From Minisyncoccia bacterium (GTDB taxonomy: Bacteria; Patescibacteriota; Minisyncoccia; Phycocordibacterales; UBA5272): DNA of 64,000 bases. The notes under the pieces are model-generated. The model was not told the DNA's origin, did no database searches, and saw nothing but the letters and a program-made list of their open reading frames with translations. The first letter of the stretch is position 1; each line of letters begins with the position of its first letter. Both the position numbers and the translations under genes were made by a program. The stretch covers positions 2,978 through 66,977 of the forward strand of contig JBBQKQ010000002.1 of assembly GCA_038326985.1 (NCBI GenBank), read 5' to 3'. This document shows, in pieces, positions 49,722 to 59,122 of this stretch.

Positions 49722-50819
49722 ATGAAAAATAAAAAAGTATTTGTTGGACTAAGTGGAGGAGTAGACTCGAGTGTATCAGCATATTTATTAAAAAAATCTG
49801 GCTTTGATGTGACAGGAGTTTTTATAAAAGGTTGGCAACCAGATTGGATTCCTTGTACATGGATGTCAGATAGAATATCTGCAATGCGAACGGCTGCATA
49901 CTTGGATATTCCATTTATTACTCTTGATTTAGAAATGCAATACAAAAATAAAGTTGTGAGTTATTTACTTGAAGAATACGCAAAAGGGCACACTCCAAAT
50001 CCGGATATGCTTTGTAATAGAGAAATAAAATTTGGAAGTTTTTTAAATTGGAGTTTGAAAAATGGTGCCGACTATGTTGCCACTGGGCATTATGCACAAA
50101 ATTATAAAAATCAACTTTTAGAATCAATAGACAAAGAAAAAGATCAGAGTTATTTTTTATCACAGCTAACTCAAAAAGAGTTGCAACATATTTTATTTCC
50201 AGTAGGGCATTTGGTAAAAGCAGAAGTTCGAGGAATTGCAGCTCAAGCAAAATTGCCTGTTGCAACTAGAAAAGACTCTCAAGGAATATGCTTTGTAGGA
50301 GACTTATCAATGAAAGAATTCTTAAAACGAGAACTTAAGCCAGAAAAGGGAAATGTTGAGAACGTAGATGGGGAAATAATTGGTGAACACGATGGGGCTA
50401 TACTTTACACTATCGGCGAAAGACATGGGTTTACTATAATTAACAATACTGAAAATCAAAAACAATTTTATGTTGTCAAAAAAGATGTTGAGAAAAATGT
50501 GATTGTGGTTTCAGACTCACCCCTAACCCCTCTCCTTCAGAGAGGGGAAGAGAACAAAAAAGAAAAATTTATATATTTAAATGATTTTTCTTTTACACAA
50601 AATATTGATGAGGTGCAAAATAGCAAAAATTTATCTATAAGAATTCGCTATAGAGGTGCAAAAGTCGCAGTAAAATTTATTTCTTATAATGTATCTGAAA
50701 ATATAGTTGTGGTTGAGACTGAAGACAATTTAGTTTTTGATTTTGGACAATTTGGGGTTTTATATGACCGTGAAAGATGTCTGGGTGGTGGAGTAATTTC
50801 TACAAATGTGGTAGAATAA
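49722..50819 (+). CDS. mnmA: tRNA-specific 2-thiouridylase
   Basis: SGGVDSS, TPNPDMLCNREIKF, ATGHY, KDQSYFL, DSQGICFVG, YTIGER.G, CLGGG. Confidence 0.95.
   Translation: MKNKKVFVGLSGGVDSSVSAYLLKKSGFDVTGVFIKGWQPDWIPCTWMSDRISAMRTAAYLDIPFITLDLEMQYKNKVVSYLLEEYAKGHTPNPDMLCNREIKFGSFLNWSLKNGADYVATGHYAQNYKNQLLESIDKEKDQSYFLSQLTQKELQHILFPVGHLVKAEVRGIAAQAKLPVATRKDSQGICFVGDLSMKEFLKRELKPEKGNVENVDGEIIGEHDGAILYTIGERHGFTIINNTENQKQFYVVKKDVEKNVIVVSDSPLTPLLQRGEENKKEKFIYLNDFSFTQNIDEVQNSKNLSIRIRYRGAKVAVKFISYNVSENIVVVETEDNLVFDFGQFGVLYDRERCLGGGVISTNVVE
50516..50547 (+). repeat. Triplex-motif repeat, in frame in mnmA
   Basis: CTCACCCC-TAA-CCCCTCTC-CTTCA-GAGAGGGG; encodes SPLTPLLQRG. Confidence 0.88.
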
Positions 50820-50839
50820 ACAAGTCTAAAAAATTAGAC

Positions 50840-50920
50840 GCCCGGGTGGTGGAATGGTAGACACGAAGGACTTAAAATCCTTTGACGCAAGTTGTGTGGG
50901 TTCGAGTCCCACCCCGGGCA
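50840..50920 (+). tRNA. tRNA-Leu(TAA)
   Basis: GCCCGGG/CCCGGGC stem, AAGGA-CTTAAAA-TCCTT anticodon arm, long variable arm, GGTTCGAGTCC; CCA not encoded. Confidence 0.95.
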
Positions 50921-50922
50921 CT

Positions 50923-50994
50923 GGTGTCGTGGTGAAGCGGTAACACTGCGGTCTGCAAAACCGCCATGCGCGAGTTCGATCCTCGCCGGCACCT
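50923..50994 (+). tRNA. tRNA-Cys(GCA)
   Basis: GGTGTCG/CGGCACC stem, GCGGT-CTGCAAA-ACCGC, AGTTCGATCCT, U discriminator; 2 nt after tRNA-Leu. Confidence 0.92.
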
Positions 50995-51028
50995 CTAATG
51001 GAATTAAATTTTATGATATACTTTTTCT

Positions 51029-51550
51029 ATGATGCAAATCTTAAAAGTGTTTCTAGGAATAGTTTTTGGCCTATTACTAATTTATATTGTTATAATTATT
51101 TTTAGGGCAGTTTTTTTAACTGGTGTTTCTACTGTGAGTACAGTGTCAAACGATGTTTCTCCAGCGAAAAACGTAGTTACTACGGCAAAAAGGTTTTCGT
51201 GGCAAGATTTTGTAAATTATTGGAGGTTGCCTATTGCTCCAGTGACTATTGTTCCAAATATTACTTCAAGTGTGTATTACTCCACACAAGAGGAACAAAA
51301 TTATAAATACCAAAATTTAAACAATGCCGACTCTCCAGATAACCACCCTACAGATTGGGCACCGGTGGATCAGAGACCTTTCGACGAAAGATGGGGATTG
51401 CAAAACAAAAATCAGAACTATCAACAAAACTTTAATGGAAACCTTTACGAAAATTTACCAGTTCAAAAATACTTTAATCATAACTTTCCTCAATTAAAAC
51501 TCCTTTTCCCAAGCCGAGCATTAATGTATCCTAATTATCAAAACTATTAA
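51029..51550 (+). CDS. Hypothetical single-TM protein
   Basis: N-terminal TM; N/Q-rich tail; ATG 6 nt after TGaTATACT. Confidence 0.6.
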   Translation: MMQILKVFLGIVFGLLLIYIVIIIFRAVFLTGVSTVSTVSNDVSPAKNVVTTAKRFSWQDFVNYWRLPIAPVTIVPNITSSVYYSTQEEQNYKYQNLNNADSPDNHPTDWAPVDQRPFDERWGLQNKNQNYQQNFNGNLYENLPVQKYFNHNFPQLKLLFPSRALMYPNYQNY

Positions 51551-51592
51551 TACCTACTTGCAATTATTTTAAATAATGTTATTATTGTAATT

Positions 51593-51724
51593 GCTGGGTG
51601 GGGGTCCCCCCCGATGACCCACCTAGCGCATGCTGCTGCATCGCCCTACGCAGCAGCAGAGTGGTCCGAACTCCTGGAAGATTAGAGCTATTAAGCTCTC
51701 ATCCAGGGGTTCGGCCATTTCTCT
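51593..51724 (+). ncRNA. GC-rich three-hairpin RNA candidate upstream of rpoB
   Basis: Consecutive stems 51593-51627, 51631-51658, 51662-51717; TTGCAA/TGtTATTAT promoter upstream. Confidence 0.5.
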
Positions 51725-51837
51725 TTGCATTTTTAGAATTTTGTGTTATAATCCGCGGCAACGAATGAGTTCCGACAAGTGTAAAAAAGTGCGAGATATT
51801 TTAATAAAAAGAAGGGTAAATTAATTTAATCATTCAT

Positions 51838-54800
51838 ATGACTACAAAAGTAATTCAAAAGTACTTTTCGAAATTCCGCGCTCCACTTGTTGAAGTTCCA
51901 AATCTAGTTGAAAACCAAATAAATTCTTATAACCTTTTTCTAAAAGAGGGTTTTGGAAATGTTTTGAGAGAGTTTACTCCTATTTCTGATTACTCAGGAA
52001 AAAAGTTTGATTTAGAAATTGTTAAATTTGAAATTGGAGATGCTAAGATGACTGAAATGGAGGCTAAAATGAAAAAGCAAACATTTGAAGCTCCAATACG
52101 TGCAACTTTTAAATTAAAAAACAAACTTCTTAATACCGAAAAAACTCAGGAGCTCTTTTTGGCTGACATGCCACTTATGACTGACCATGGTACTTTTATA
52201 ATTAATGGAATTGAGCGTGTAATTGTTTCTCAACTTATTAGATCATACGGAGTTTTCATATCAAGTGAAGAAGCTAAAGGGAAAGAATACTACGGTGCAA
52301 AAATTATTCCAGCTCGAGGAGTGTGGATAGAAATGCAAACTACTAACGACAATGAGATAGTAGTAAGAATTGACAAAAAAAGAAAATTTTCAATTATTAC
52401 ACTTTTACGAGCTTTTGGATATAAAACCGATGTTGAACTTTTGGGAGCATTTAAAGGTGATAAATCTCGCGCTTATATAAAAGCACTTTTAAAAACTGAC
52501 CCAATTAAAAACCAAGAAGATGCCTACGTAGAACTTTATAAAAAAGTTCGTGATGGAGATTTGGCTTCAGCTGATAATGCCAAAGAATATTTTGCATCTA
52601 TTTTTGATAAGGCAAGATATGACTTTTCACTTGTTGGAAGATTTAGATTTAATAAACGTTTTGGCCTTCCTTTAGAAGGAAAAGACCTTGATAGAAAAAC
52701 TTTTTCTAAAGAAGATTTGGCTATGGTTGTGGAGTCAATAATTAATTCTAATGAAAACATAGAAGCTATTCCAGATGATATTGACCACTTAGGATCTCGA
52801 AGAGTAAGATTTGTGGGTGAAATAATTGAAGGAAGAATTCGAACAGGAATGATCCAAGTAAAAAGAAATATCCAAGATCGTATGTCGGTAGTTGATGGAG
52901 ACACAACACTTCCAACAAATATTGTAAATCAGCGACCTTTACAAGCTCGTATCAAAGAGTTTTTTGCTACCAACCAACTTTCACAGTTCATGAACCAAGA
53001 TAATCTTCTTGGAGAAATTGAGCACTTAAGAACACTTTCTGCCATGGGACCTGGAGGTTTAAACTCTGAGCGTGCTTCATTTGAAGTTCGTGACGTGCAC
53101 ACCTCTCACTACGGTAGAGTATGTCCAGTGCACACTCCAGAAGGTCATACTATTGGGCTAATTTTGCGTATGTCTACTTATGCTAAAGTAAATAATTTTG
53201 GAATTCTTGAAACCCCATACGTTGTGGTGAAAGATGGTAAGATAACAGGTAAAATAGTTTATTTAAATGCTCTGGAAGAAGAAGCTTATGTTATTGCTCA
53301 CCAAGGTTTAAACTACAATGACAAAGGAGTTATTACTGATGATTTTGTGCAAGCAAGAGTTCGAACTATACCGGGAATTATTTCTGCGGACCAAGTCCAA
53401 CTTGTAGAAGTTTCTACATTCCAACAATTCTCAGTGGCAACTTCTCTTATTCCATTCCTAGAACATGACGATGCGACTCGTGCGTCTTACGGTGCAAACA
53501 TGCAGAAACAAGCAACTCCGGTTATTATTCCAGAGCTTCCAATTGTTGCCTCAGGACTAGAAAGTGAATATGCAAAATATACAGGAAGATTGGTTTATGC
53601 ACCGGCAAACGGAGAAATAGTTTTTGCAGATGCCAACAAAATAGAATTTATTGCTGATACTGATAAAGGAAACAATAAAAAGAAAATCACTTATCCTTTG
53701 CTTTCATTCCAAAGAACAAACCAATTTACAAATTTCCACCAAAGACCAGTCGTTAGAAATGGTGAAAAAGTAAAGAAGGGGCAAATTATGGTTGACGTTT
53801 CTACTTCAGATCGAGGGCAAATTGCTCTTGGACAAAATGTATTGGTAGCTTTCATGACTTGGAATGGAAATAACTTTGAAGATGCGATTATTCTTTCAGA
53901 AAGGTTAGTTAGAAATAAGAAGTTTACTAGTATTCATATTGAGGAGTTTGTATGTTTAGTTCGTGAGACAAAACTAGGACCAGAAAACACTACTTGCGAT
54001 ATTCCAAATGTTTCTGAAAACAGACTGAAGGATTTGGATGCCAATGGAATTATCCGAATGGGTGCAGAGGTTGAGCCGGGAGATATTTTAGTAGGAAAGA
54101 TTACTCCAAAAGGAGAAACTGATCTTACTCCAGAAGAAAGACTACTTAGAAGTATTTTCGGAGAAAAAAGTAGAGAAGTAAAAGATACTTCAATGCGTGT
54201 TGAAAATGGAAAACGTGGACGTGTTATTGGGGTAAAAATATTTGATAGAAGTAAAGGTGACACTCTTGAAACTGGAATCTTAAAAAGAATTCACGTAGAA
54301 GTTGCACAGCTTAGAAATATTTCTGTTGGAGATAAGCTTGCTGGTAGACACGGAAACAAAGGTGTAATTTCAGTAGTGCTACCCGAAGAAGAAATGCCAT
54401 TTATGGCCGACGGTACTCCTATTGATATTGTACTTACTCCACTCGGTGTGCCATCACGTATGAACCTAGGACAAATATTGGAAATTCACCTTGGGCTTGC
54501 AGCTGACAAGCTTGGCTACCAAGCTGTAGTTCCACCTTTTCAAGGTGCGACTGCTGATGAAATTTCCCAAGAGCTTGTAAAAGCTGGATATCAGTCCAAT
54601 GGTAAAATGCCACTTTTCGATGGACAAACAGGTGAGAAATTTGAACAAGACATTGCGGTGGGTATCATGTATATTTTGAAACTTCACCACATGGTTGAAG
54701 ATAAAATTCACATGCGCTCTACTGGTCCATACTCGCTTATTACTCAGCAACCTCTTGGTGGACGTGCACAAGGTGGAGGACAAAGACTTGGAGAAATGGA

Positions 54801-55143
54801 AGTGTGGGCCTTGGAAGGTTATGGTGCAGCTCATACTTTAAGAGAAATGTTAACGGTAAAATCTGATGATATTATTGGGCGTACTCGTGCTTTTGATGCC
54901 ATCATCAAAGATGAACCAATGCCAGAACCAGGAATTCCAGCATCATTTAACGTACTTAAAAATACTCTTCGTGGTCTTGCCCTTGACGTGCAAATAACTG
55001 GTGGAGACAAAGAAGGAACAGATGATTATGCAAAACAAGAATATCTTAAACACAGAGGTGTTAATATTGACGAACAACTTGGAATGGATGAGGAAGATAT
55101 GGCAGATTTACACGAAGTTGATGAAGATGCAGAATTAAAATAA
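51838..55143 (+). CDS. rpoB: RNA polymerase beta subunit
   Basis: GTFIINGIERVIVSQ, DDIDHLG.RR, HYGRVCP, GDKLAGRHGNKG, GGQRLGEMEVWALE. Confidence 0.97.
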   Translation: MTTKVIQKYFSKFRAPLVEVPNLVENQINSYNLFLKEGFGNVLREFTPISDYSGKKFDLEIVKFEIGDAKMTEMEAKMKKQTFEAPIRATFKLKNKLLNTEKTQELFLADMPLMTDHGTFIINGIERVIVSQLIRSYGVFISSEEAKGKEYYGAKIIPARGVWIEMQTTNDNEIVVRIDKKRKFSIITLLRAFGYKTDVELLGAFKGDKSRAYIKALLKTDPIKNQEDAYVELYKKVRDGDLASADNAKEYFASIFDKARYDFSLVGRFRFNKRFGLPLEGKDLDRKTFSKEDLAMVVESIINSNENIEAIPDDIDHLGSRRVRFVGEIIEGRIRTGMIQVKRNIQDRMSVVDGDTTLPTNIVNQRPLQARIKEFFATNQLSQFMNQDNLLGEIEHLRTLSAMGPGGLNSERASFEVRDVHTSHYGRVCPVHTPEGHTIGLILRMSTYAKVNNFGILETPYVVVKDGKITGKIVYLNALEEEAYVIAHQGLNYNDKGVITDDFVQARVRTIPGIISADQVQLVEVSTFQQFSVATSLIPFLEHDDATRASYGANMQKQATPVIIPELPIVASGLESEYAKYTGRLVYAPANGEIVFADANKIEFIADTDKGNNKKKITYPLLSFQRTNQFTNFHQRPVVRNGEKVKKGQIMVDVSTSDRGQIALGQNVLVAFMTWNGNNFEDAIILSERLVRNKKFTSIHIEEFVCLVRETKLGPENTTCDIPNVSENRLKDLDANGIIRMGAEVEPGDILVGKITPKGETDLTPEERLLRSIFGEKSREVKDTSMRVENGKRGRVIGVKIFDRSKGDTLETGILKRIHVEVAQLRNISVGDKLAGRHGNKGVISVVLPEEEMPFMADGTPIDIVLTPLGVPSRMNLGQILEIHLGLAADKLGYQAVVPPFQGATADEISQELVKAGYQSNGKMPLFDGQTGEKFEQDIAVGIMYILKLHHMVEDKIHMRSTGPYSLITQQPLGGRAQGGGQRLGEMEVWALEGYGAAHTLREMLTVKSDDIIGRTRAFDAIIKDEPMPEPGIPASFNVLKNTLRGLALDVQITGGDKEGTDDYAKQEYLKHRGVNIDEQLGMDEEDMADLHEVDEDAELK

Positions 55144-55237
55144 TAAATTTTTTCAAAACAAAACTCCTTAAACAAAAAAAATTTGTATCAGGCAAATTAA
55201 AATAAACTGGCTTCAGTGCACATTACAAGTTACAAAA

Positions 55238-55269
55238 CCCCTCCTAACCTCCCCTTGATTAAGGTGAGG
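55238..55269 (+). repeat. Triplex-motif repeat between rpoB and rpoC
   Basis: CCCCTCC-TAA-CCTCCCC-TTGATTAA-GGTGAGG. Confidence 0.88.
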
Positions 55270-55284
55270 AACGGGCAAATAAAT

Positions 55285-58200
55285 ATGCAAACATTTAACA
55301 AAAAAATAATTAGAAATAATTTTAAAGAAATTGGACTACGAATAGCTTCACCTGCTCGTATTAAAGAATGGTCATATGGAGAAATCTTGAAACCAGAAAC
55401 TATTAACTACCGAACAGGAAAATCTGAACGAGGTGGACTTTTTGACGAGCGAGTTTTTGGACCAACAAAAAGTTTTGAATGTTATTGTGGAAAATATAAA
55501 CGAATTCGTTATAAAGACATTATTTGTGAAAAATGTGGAGTGCAAGTAACTGACTCCATAGTTCGTCGTGAAAGAATGGGGCATATTGAGCTTGCAACTC
55601 CTGTTTCTCATATTTGGTATTTGAAAGGGACTATTCCTGCCCCACTTCCATTATTTTTGGGTATTCAAGCTTCTCAACTTGAAAAAGTTATTTATTTTGC
55701 AGGTTACATTATCCAAAACGTAAATGAAGTTGAAAAAGCAAAACTTTTAAAAGATCTTGATGGAGAATTTAAAGATAAGCTAGGAAATGCAGCAGACGAA
55801 GCCACAAAAGAAAAACTGCGAGAGTTAATGATGACTGCCAAAGAAGAAATAAAGAACCTCTCCTCTTGGCAAGTTTTGGATGAAGTTACATATAATAAAT
55901 ATTCTGCCAGATATGGAAATGTTTTTGAAGCAGGGATTGGAGCTGAAGCAGTTTACAATATTTTAAAAAATTTAAACCTTCAAGAATTTATAAAAACTCT
56001 TGAAGTAGCGCTTTCAAATGCTGGAAGTGTTGAAAGAGAAAAACTTCAAAAAAGACTATCACTTGTAAGAGGAATGAACGAAGCCGATATCCGCCCAGAA
56101 TGGATGTTTATAAAAACTATGCCAGTTATACCTCCAGGGTTACGACCAATGGTTGCGCTTGAAGGTGGACGACACGCAACTTCAGATGTGAATGATCTTT
56201 ACCGAAGAGTTATAAACAGAAACAATCGTCTTAAAAAATTAATGGCAATAGGTGCTCCTGAAGTAATTTTGCGAAATGAAAAACGTATTTTACAAGAAGC
56301 TTGCGATTCACTTTTTGACAATACAGCACGAGGAAGTAAAGAAATGGCAATGAACGCGACACAACGCCGACAATTAAAATCTCTTGCGGACAACCTGCAA
56401 GGAAAACAAGGAATGCTTCGTCAAAACCTTCTTGGAAAGCGTGTAGACTATTCAGCGCGTTCAGTGATTGTTGTTGGTCCAAGACTAAATTTGAATCAAT
56501 GTGGTCTTCCAAAACATATGGCGCTTGAGCTGTTTAAACCATTCATTATCTCTAAACTTTTAGGAAGAGAATTGGCATTTAACATAAAATCTGCAAATAA
56601 ACTTATAGAAGAAGGAGACCCAGATGTTTGGTCAATATTGGAAGAGGTTATTGAAGGAAAATATGTATTGTTAAACCGTGCACCAACACTTCACCGTCTT
56701 GGTATGCAAGCCTTTATGGTTAAACTTGTAGAAGGAAACGCTATCCAACTCCACCCACTTGTTTGTCCCGCGTTTAACGCAGACTTCGACGGTGACCAAA
56801 TGGCTGTTCACTTACCTCTCGGTGAGGAGTCTCAAATGGAAGCCAGAGAAATCATGGCTGCACAAAAAAATATCTTAAAACCAGGAGATGGGGTACCTTC
56901 TTTCTTTGGAAAGCTTCTAGATCTAGTTTTGGGAGTGTTTTGGATGACAACTATTTTAGAAGAAGACAATAAAACTCCTCAATATTTTTCTTCACCAAAT
57001 GAGGCAATACTTGCTCATGAAAATGGGGTAGTGAGTTTCCGAAATAAAATAATTGTTCTCCCAACAGGATCTGTAAGATATACAAAGTTTGCAGGAAAAA
57101 CTTTCGAGACCACAGTTGGAAGACTTTTGTTTAACTCGGTACTTCCAAATGATTACGAATTCATCAACCAAACTTTAGAACAAAAAAGTTTGAAAAAACT
57201 TTTCGAGGATGTAATTGATAGATATGGAATTGAAAATTCTTGGGTTATTTTTGATCGTGTTAAAAACTTTGCATTCGAATATGCAACAAAATCTGGTGTG
57301 ACATTTGGTTTGTACGATGTAGAAACTCCAGTTGAAAAGGCGTCTCTTGTTGCGGAAGCTAATAAACTTGTAAAAGAAGTTGAAAATAACTTTAACGAAG
57401 GTTTCTTGTCAGATGAGGAAAGATATAAAAAAATTATTGAAATTTGGTCATCTACAAAAACTCGAATTGAAAAATCTTTGCGTGGTGCGTTTAAAGCTGG
57501 CAACCCAATTAAAGACATGGCAGAGTCTGGAGCTCGTGGAAACTATGGTCAGCTAAACCAAATGGCGGGTATGAAAGGTCTTATTCAAAACAACACTGGT
57601 CGTACACTTGATTTTCCGATTATTTCTTCATATAAAGAAGGACTATCACCGATTGAATATTTCGTAACTTCATATGGTGCACGTAAAGGTGGTTCAGATA
57701 CAGCACTTAAAACAGCTCAAGCAGGGTACTTTACTCGTAAACTTGTAGATGTTGCTCAAGATACAATTATCACTGAAGAAGATTGTGGGTCAGAGAATTT
57801 CAAAAATGTTTCAACACAAAACTTAGGAGGAATAGAAATTCCACTTTGGAAAACTATTTGGGGAAGAATATTAGCTGCCGATGTTGTACATGAAGGAAAA
57901 ACGCTTTACAAAAAAGGTGAAATGTTGAAACAATTTGAAGCAAAAGAAATTGATGCTGCGGGTGTTAAAACTGTTTCAATTAGAACCCCACTTACATGTA
58001 TTGCCGAGCGTGGACTATGTCAAAAATGTTATGGACTTGATATGGGTCGTGGAAATTTGGTGCGTCTAGGTGAAGCAGTAGGAATTGTGGCCGCTCAAGC
58101 GATTGGCGAGCCAGGAACACAGCTAACTATGCGTACTTTCCACTCAGGTGGAGTGGCAGGTGTCGATATTACTCAAGGTCTTCCTCGTGTAACAGAACTT

Positions 58201-58971
58201 TTCGAAAAAAGAATGCCCAAGACGCAAGTCGCTGCTACTCTTTCACCTTACGATGCTGAAGTTATGGAAATAACTACAAACGGAAATACAAAACTTATTA
58301 CTCTAATACTTGACGAAGGAGAATCTACTAAAAAATCTAAGGGTGTTAAAGAAGGACAAAAATCTGCACAATTTGAAATTTCTAACAAGCGTGTGGTTGT
58401 TGTGAAGGTTGGTGATCGTGTAAAACGTGGTGACATGTTGACTGATGGTTCAGCAGATATTGATGAACTATTCCACCATGCTGGAGCTGAAAAAGCGCAA
58501 GACTATATTGCAGAAGAAGTAACTAAAGTTTATGAGCTTCAAGGAGCAAGTATTTCACGAAAACACTTGGATATTATTATTAAACAAATGTTTTCTCGTA
58601 TGGAAGTTCTAGACGGCGGAGACTCAAAATATTCTCATGGTGATATTATTCCTGACTATACTTTCAAAAAAGAAAATAGAAAAGTTGAGTCCAAAGGTGG
58701 TCAAATTATGACTGCCGAGCCTATAATCCAAGGAATTACTCAAGCGTCTCTCTCTACAGAATCATGGTTGTCAGCTGCATCATTCCAAAATACTACAAAA
58801 ATTCTTATTAAAGCTGCAACTCGTGGACAACGTGATGAGCTTGTAGGTTTGAAGGAAAATGTTATTGCGGGACGTCTTGTTCCAGTAGGAACAGGTTACC
58901 GAACAAAAGCTGAAAAAGAAGTTGAAGAAATGGAAAAAGAAGCCCAGTTTAATGAGGGATCAGATGAATAA
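55285..58971 (+). CDS. rpoC: RNA polymerase beta' subunit
   Basis: KPETINYRT, CYCGKY..CEKC, NADFDGD, GEPGTQLTMRTFH; ATG 55285 preferred over GTG 55216. Confidence 0.97.
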   Translation: MQTFNKKIIRNNFKEIGLRIASPARIKEWSYGEILKPETINYRTGKSERGGLFDERVFGPTKSFECYCGKYKRIRYKDIICEKCGVQVTDSIVRRERMGHIELATPVSHIWYLKGTIPAPLPLFLGIQASQLEKVIYFAGYIIQNVNEVEKAKLLKDLDGEFKDKLGNAADEATKEKLRELMMTAKEEIKNLSSWQVLDEVTYNKYSARYGNVFEAGIGAEAVYNILKNLNLQEFIKTLEVALSNAGSVEREKLQKRLSLVRGMNEADIRPEWMFIKTMPVIPPGLRPMVALEGGRHATSDVNDLYRRVINRNNRLKKLMAIGAPEVILRNEKRILQEACDSLFDNTARGSKEMAMNATQRRQLKSLADNLQGKQGMLRQNLLGKRVDYSARSVIVVGPRLNLNQCGLPKHMALELFKPFIISKLLGRELAFNIKSANKLIEEGDPDVWSILEEVIEGKYVLLNRAPTLHRLGMQAFMVKLVEGNAIQLHPLVCPAFNADFDGDQMAVHLPLGEESQMEAREIMAAQKNILKPGDGVPSFFGKLLDLVLGVFWMTTILEEDNKTPQYFSSPNEAILAHENGVVSFRNKIIVLPTGSVRYTKFAGKTFETTVGRLLFNSVLPNDYEFINQTLEQKSLKKLFEDVIDRYGIENSWVIFDRVKNFAFEYATKSGVTFGLYDVETPVEKASLVAEANKLVKEVENNFNEGFLSDEERYKKIIEIWSSTKTRIEKSLRGAFKAGNPIKDMAESGARGNYGQLNQMAGMKGLIQNNTGRTLDFPIISSYKEGLSPIEYFVTSYGARKGGSDTALKTAQAGYFTRKLVDVAQDTIITEEDCGSENFKNVSTQNLGGIEIPLWKTIWGRILAADVVHEGKTLYKKGEMLKQFEAKEIDAAGVKTVSIRTPLTCIAERGLCQKCYGLDMGRGNLVRLGEAVGIVAAQAIGEPGTQLTMRTFHSGGVAGVDITQGLPRVTELFEKRMPKTQVAATLSPYDAEVMEITTNGNTKLITLILDEGESTKKSKGVKEGQKSAQFEISNKRVVVVKVGDRVKRGDMLTDGSADIDELFHHAGAEKAQDYIAEEVTKVYELQGASISRKHLDIIIKQMFSRMEVLDGGDSKYSHGDIIPDYTFKKENRKVESKGGQIMTAEPIIQGITQASLSTESWLSAASFQNTTKILIKAATRGQRDELVGLKENVIAGRLVPVGTGYRTKAEKEVEEMEKEAQFNEGSDE

Positions 58972-58999
58972 AAGTTTATAAAGTAAGGACAATTTAACG

Positions 59000-59034
59000 A
59001 AAAAACAGCTATTGAAAAAAATAGCTGTTTTTTT
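59000..59034 (+). terminator. Intrinsic terminator after rpoC
   Basis: AAAAAACAGCTA-loop-TAGCTGTTTTTT. Confidence 0.75.
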
Positions 59035-59053
59035 GTGGTAATATTAGAAATAT

Positions 59054-59099
59054 AAATCCTCCCTAGCCCTCCTTGAGAAAGGAGGGCTAGGGAGGATTT
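59054..59099. repeat. Fully palindromic four-arm variant of the triplex-motif repeat
   Basis: AAATCCTCCCTAGCCCTCCTT-GAGA-AAGGAGGGCTAGGGAGGATTT, perfect 21-bp arms. Confidence 0.92.
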
Positions 59100-59122
59100 T
59101 TGAACTCTGTTATAATGTCTTT

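Noticed and set aside
51630-51824. 64-aa ORF upstream of rpoB
   Set aside because: It runs through the hairpins and the rpoB promoter, with no protein-like features.
5056-59099. GC-rich repeats as a CRISPR array or simple terminators
   Set aside because: They are dispersed singly with no spacer periodicity or cas genes, mostly lie inside CDSs, and lack U tracts.
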